From the NCBI RefSeq assembly GCF_052425735.1, contig NC_135769.1, positions 29,264,001-29,328,000 on the forward strand: a stretch of 64,000 nt of DNA. The letters run 5' to 3'. Shown here piece by piece: positions 63,497 to 64,000 of the stretch. Source of the stretch: Oculina patagonica (Eukaryota). Within the stretch, counting starts at the first letter, position 1, and each line of letters starts with the position of its first letter. The translations under genes and the position numbers were made by a program. The notes below the pieces were generated by a model. That model was not told the origin of the DNA, ran no database searches, and saw only the letters and a program-made list of their open reading frames with translations.

Positions 63497-64000
63497 GGCA
63501 ATCAGAGAGAAACCGGCATTGTTACCTCAAGATACTTGTATTTATGAGTTAAAAGCCAGTCGATTCTACTTTTTAGACCTTGCATGTAATAATGCTTTTT
63601 TTGCTAATGATGTCATGTGTAAACAAGAAACCATCCTATCTGTTAAATAAATGCTGTGAAAATTTACTTGTTTGCTGTCAGCTTTTTTATTCATCTTTTC
63701 TCTTTTTTGACATATTTCATTATTTTTCCAGTTCTTTAAAGCAACAATGATACATTTTGTTTTTATTTTACTTTCTTTAAGCGTTCTGGCTTGATTTGTG
63801 TCAATTTCCGCTATTTTCCTCCGAAGAAAGGAAGAGAGGCCCTGGGAACGAGGTTGTAGAAATCCAAGATGGCGGCTCTAATGACGTTCTTATAACGTTT
63901 CTGTTTTGAATTGAAAACCTGGTTTCCTTGTTTACCACTGTCGTTTTTAACCTTAGACAACCTTGCTTTTCTGTATGGCGTTTCGCTTTACATTCCCAGC

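Larger units (their letters stand above)
60283..64000. mobile_element. Polinton/Maverick-like non-autonomous mini-element with ~1.35 kb inverted repeats (right end outside window)
   Basis: GPCR homology stops at AGTAGTAAAGGGGG (60283). 60563-61636 is the near-perfect reverse complement of 62928-64000. Unique core 61637-62927. Confidence 0.7.

Noticed and set aside
60283-64000. Palindrome as a pure fold-back sequencing artefact
   Set aside because: Arms differ by several substitutions and an indel, enclose a 1.3 kb unique core and start at a clean AGTAGT breakpoint. Not fully excluded without reads.

Overview
AT-rich eukaryotic genomic DNA, most likely a cnidarian such as a stony coral (inferred from the receptor family and repeat types). 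The backbone is a head-to-tail + strand array of seven paralogous four-coding-exon class A (rhodopsin-like, peptide-receptor-like) GPCR genes. Only copy 4 (30475-38866, 333 aa) is intact as assembled; the others carry frameshifts, a nonsense codon, deletions or insertions. Introns and spacers hold many transposable elements: L1/Tx1, RTE and L2 LINE fragments, a Penelope element, hAT/Harbinger/mariner/Kolobok/Mutator-type MITEs with visible TSDs, tRNA-derived SINEs and Crypton/DUF3504-like remnants. Three observations stand out. (1) A ~4 kb Polinton/Maverick-like mini-element (AGTAGT terminus, ~1.35 kb near-identical inverted repeats, a zinc-finger ORF and a basic ORF, no replication or capsid genes) is inserted in the last exon of copy 7 and runs off the window end. 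(2) Two sequence-unrelated elements end in long hairpins with the same strand-specific apex (gcac-GA-N4-GNA-N4-RA-gtgc) and repeated tandem G.A mismatches; one adjoins a Crypton-type ORF. (3) Several minimal hammerhead ribozyme motifs occur, all antisense to the GPCR array. Coordinates were counted by eye and may be off by a few bases. There is one assembly gap (7515-7810).
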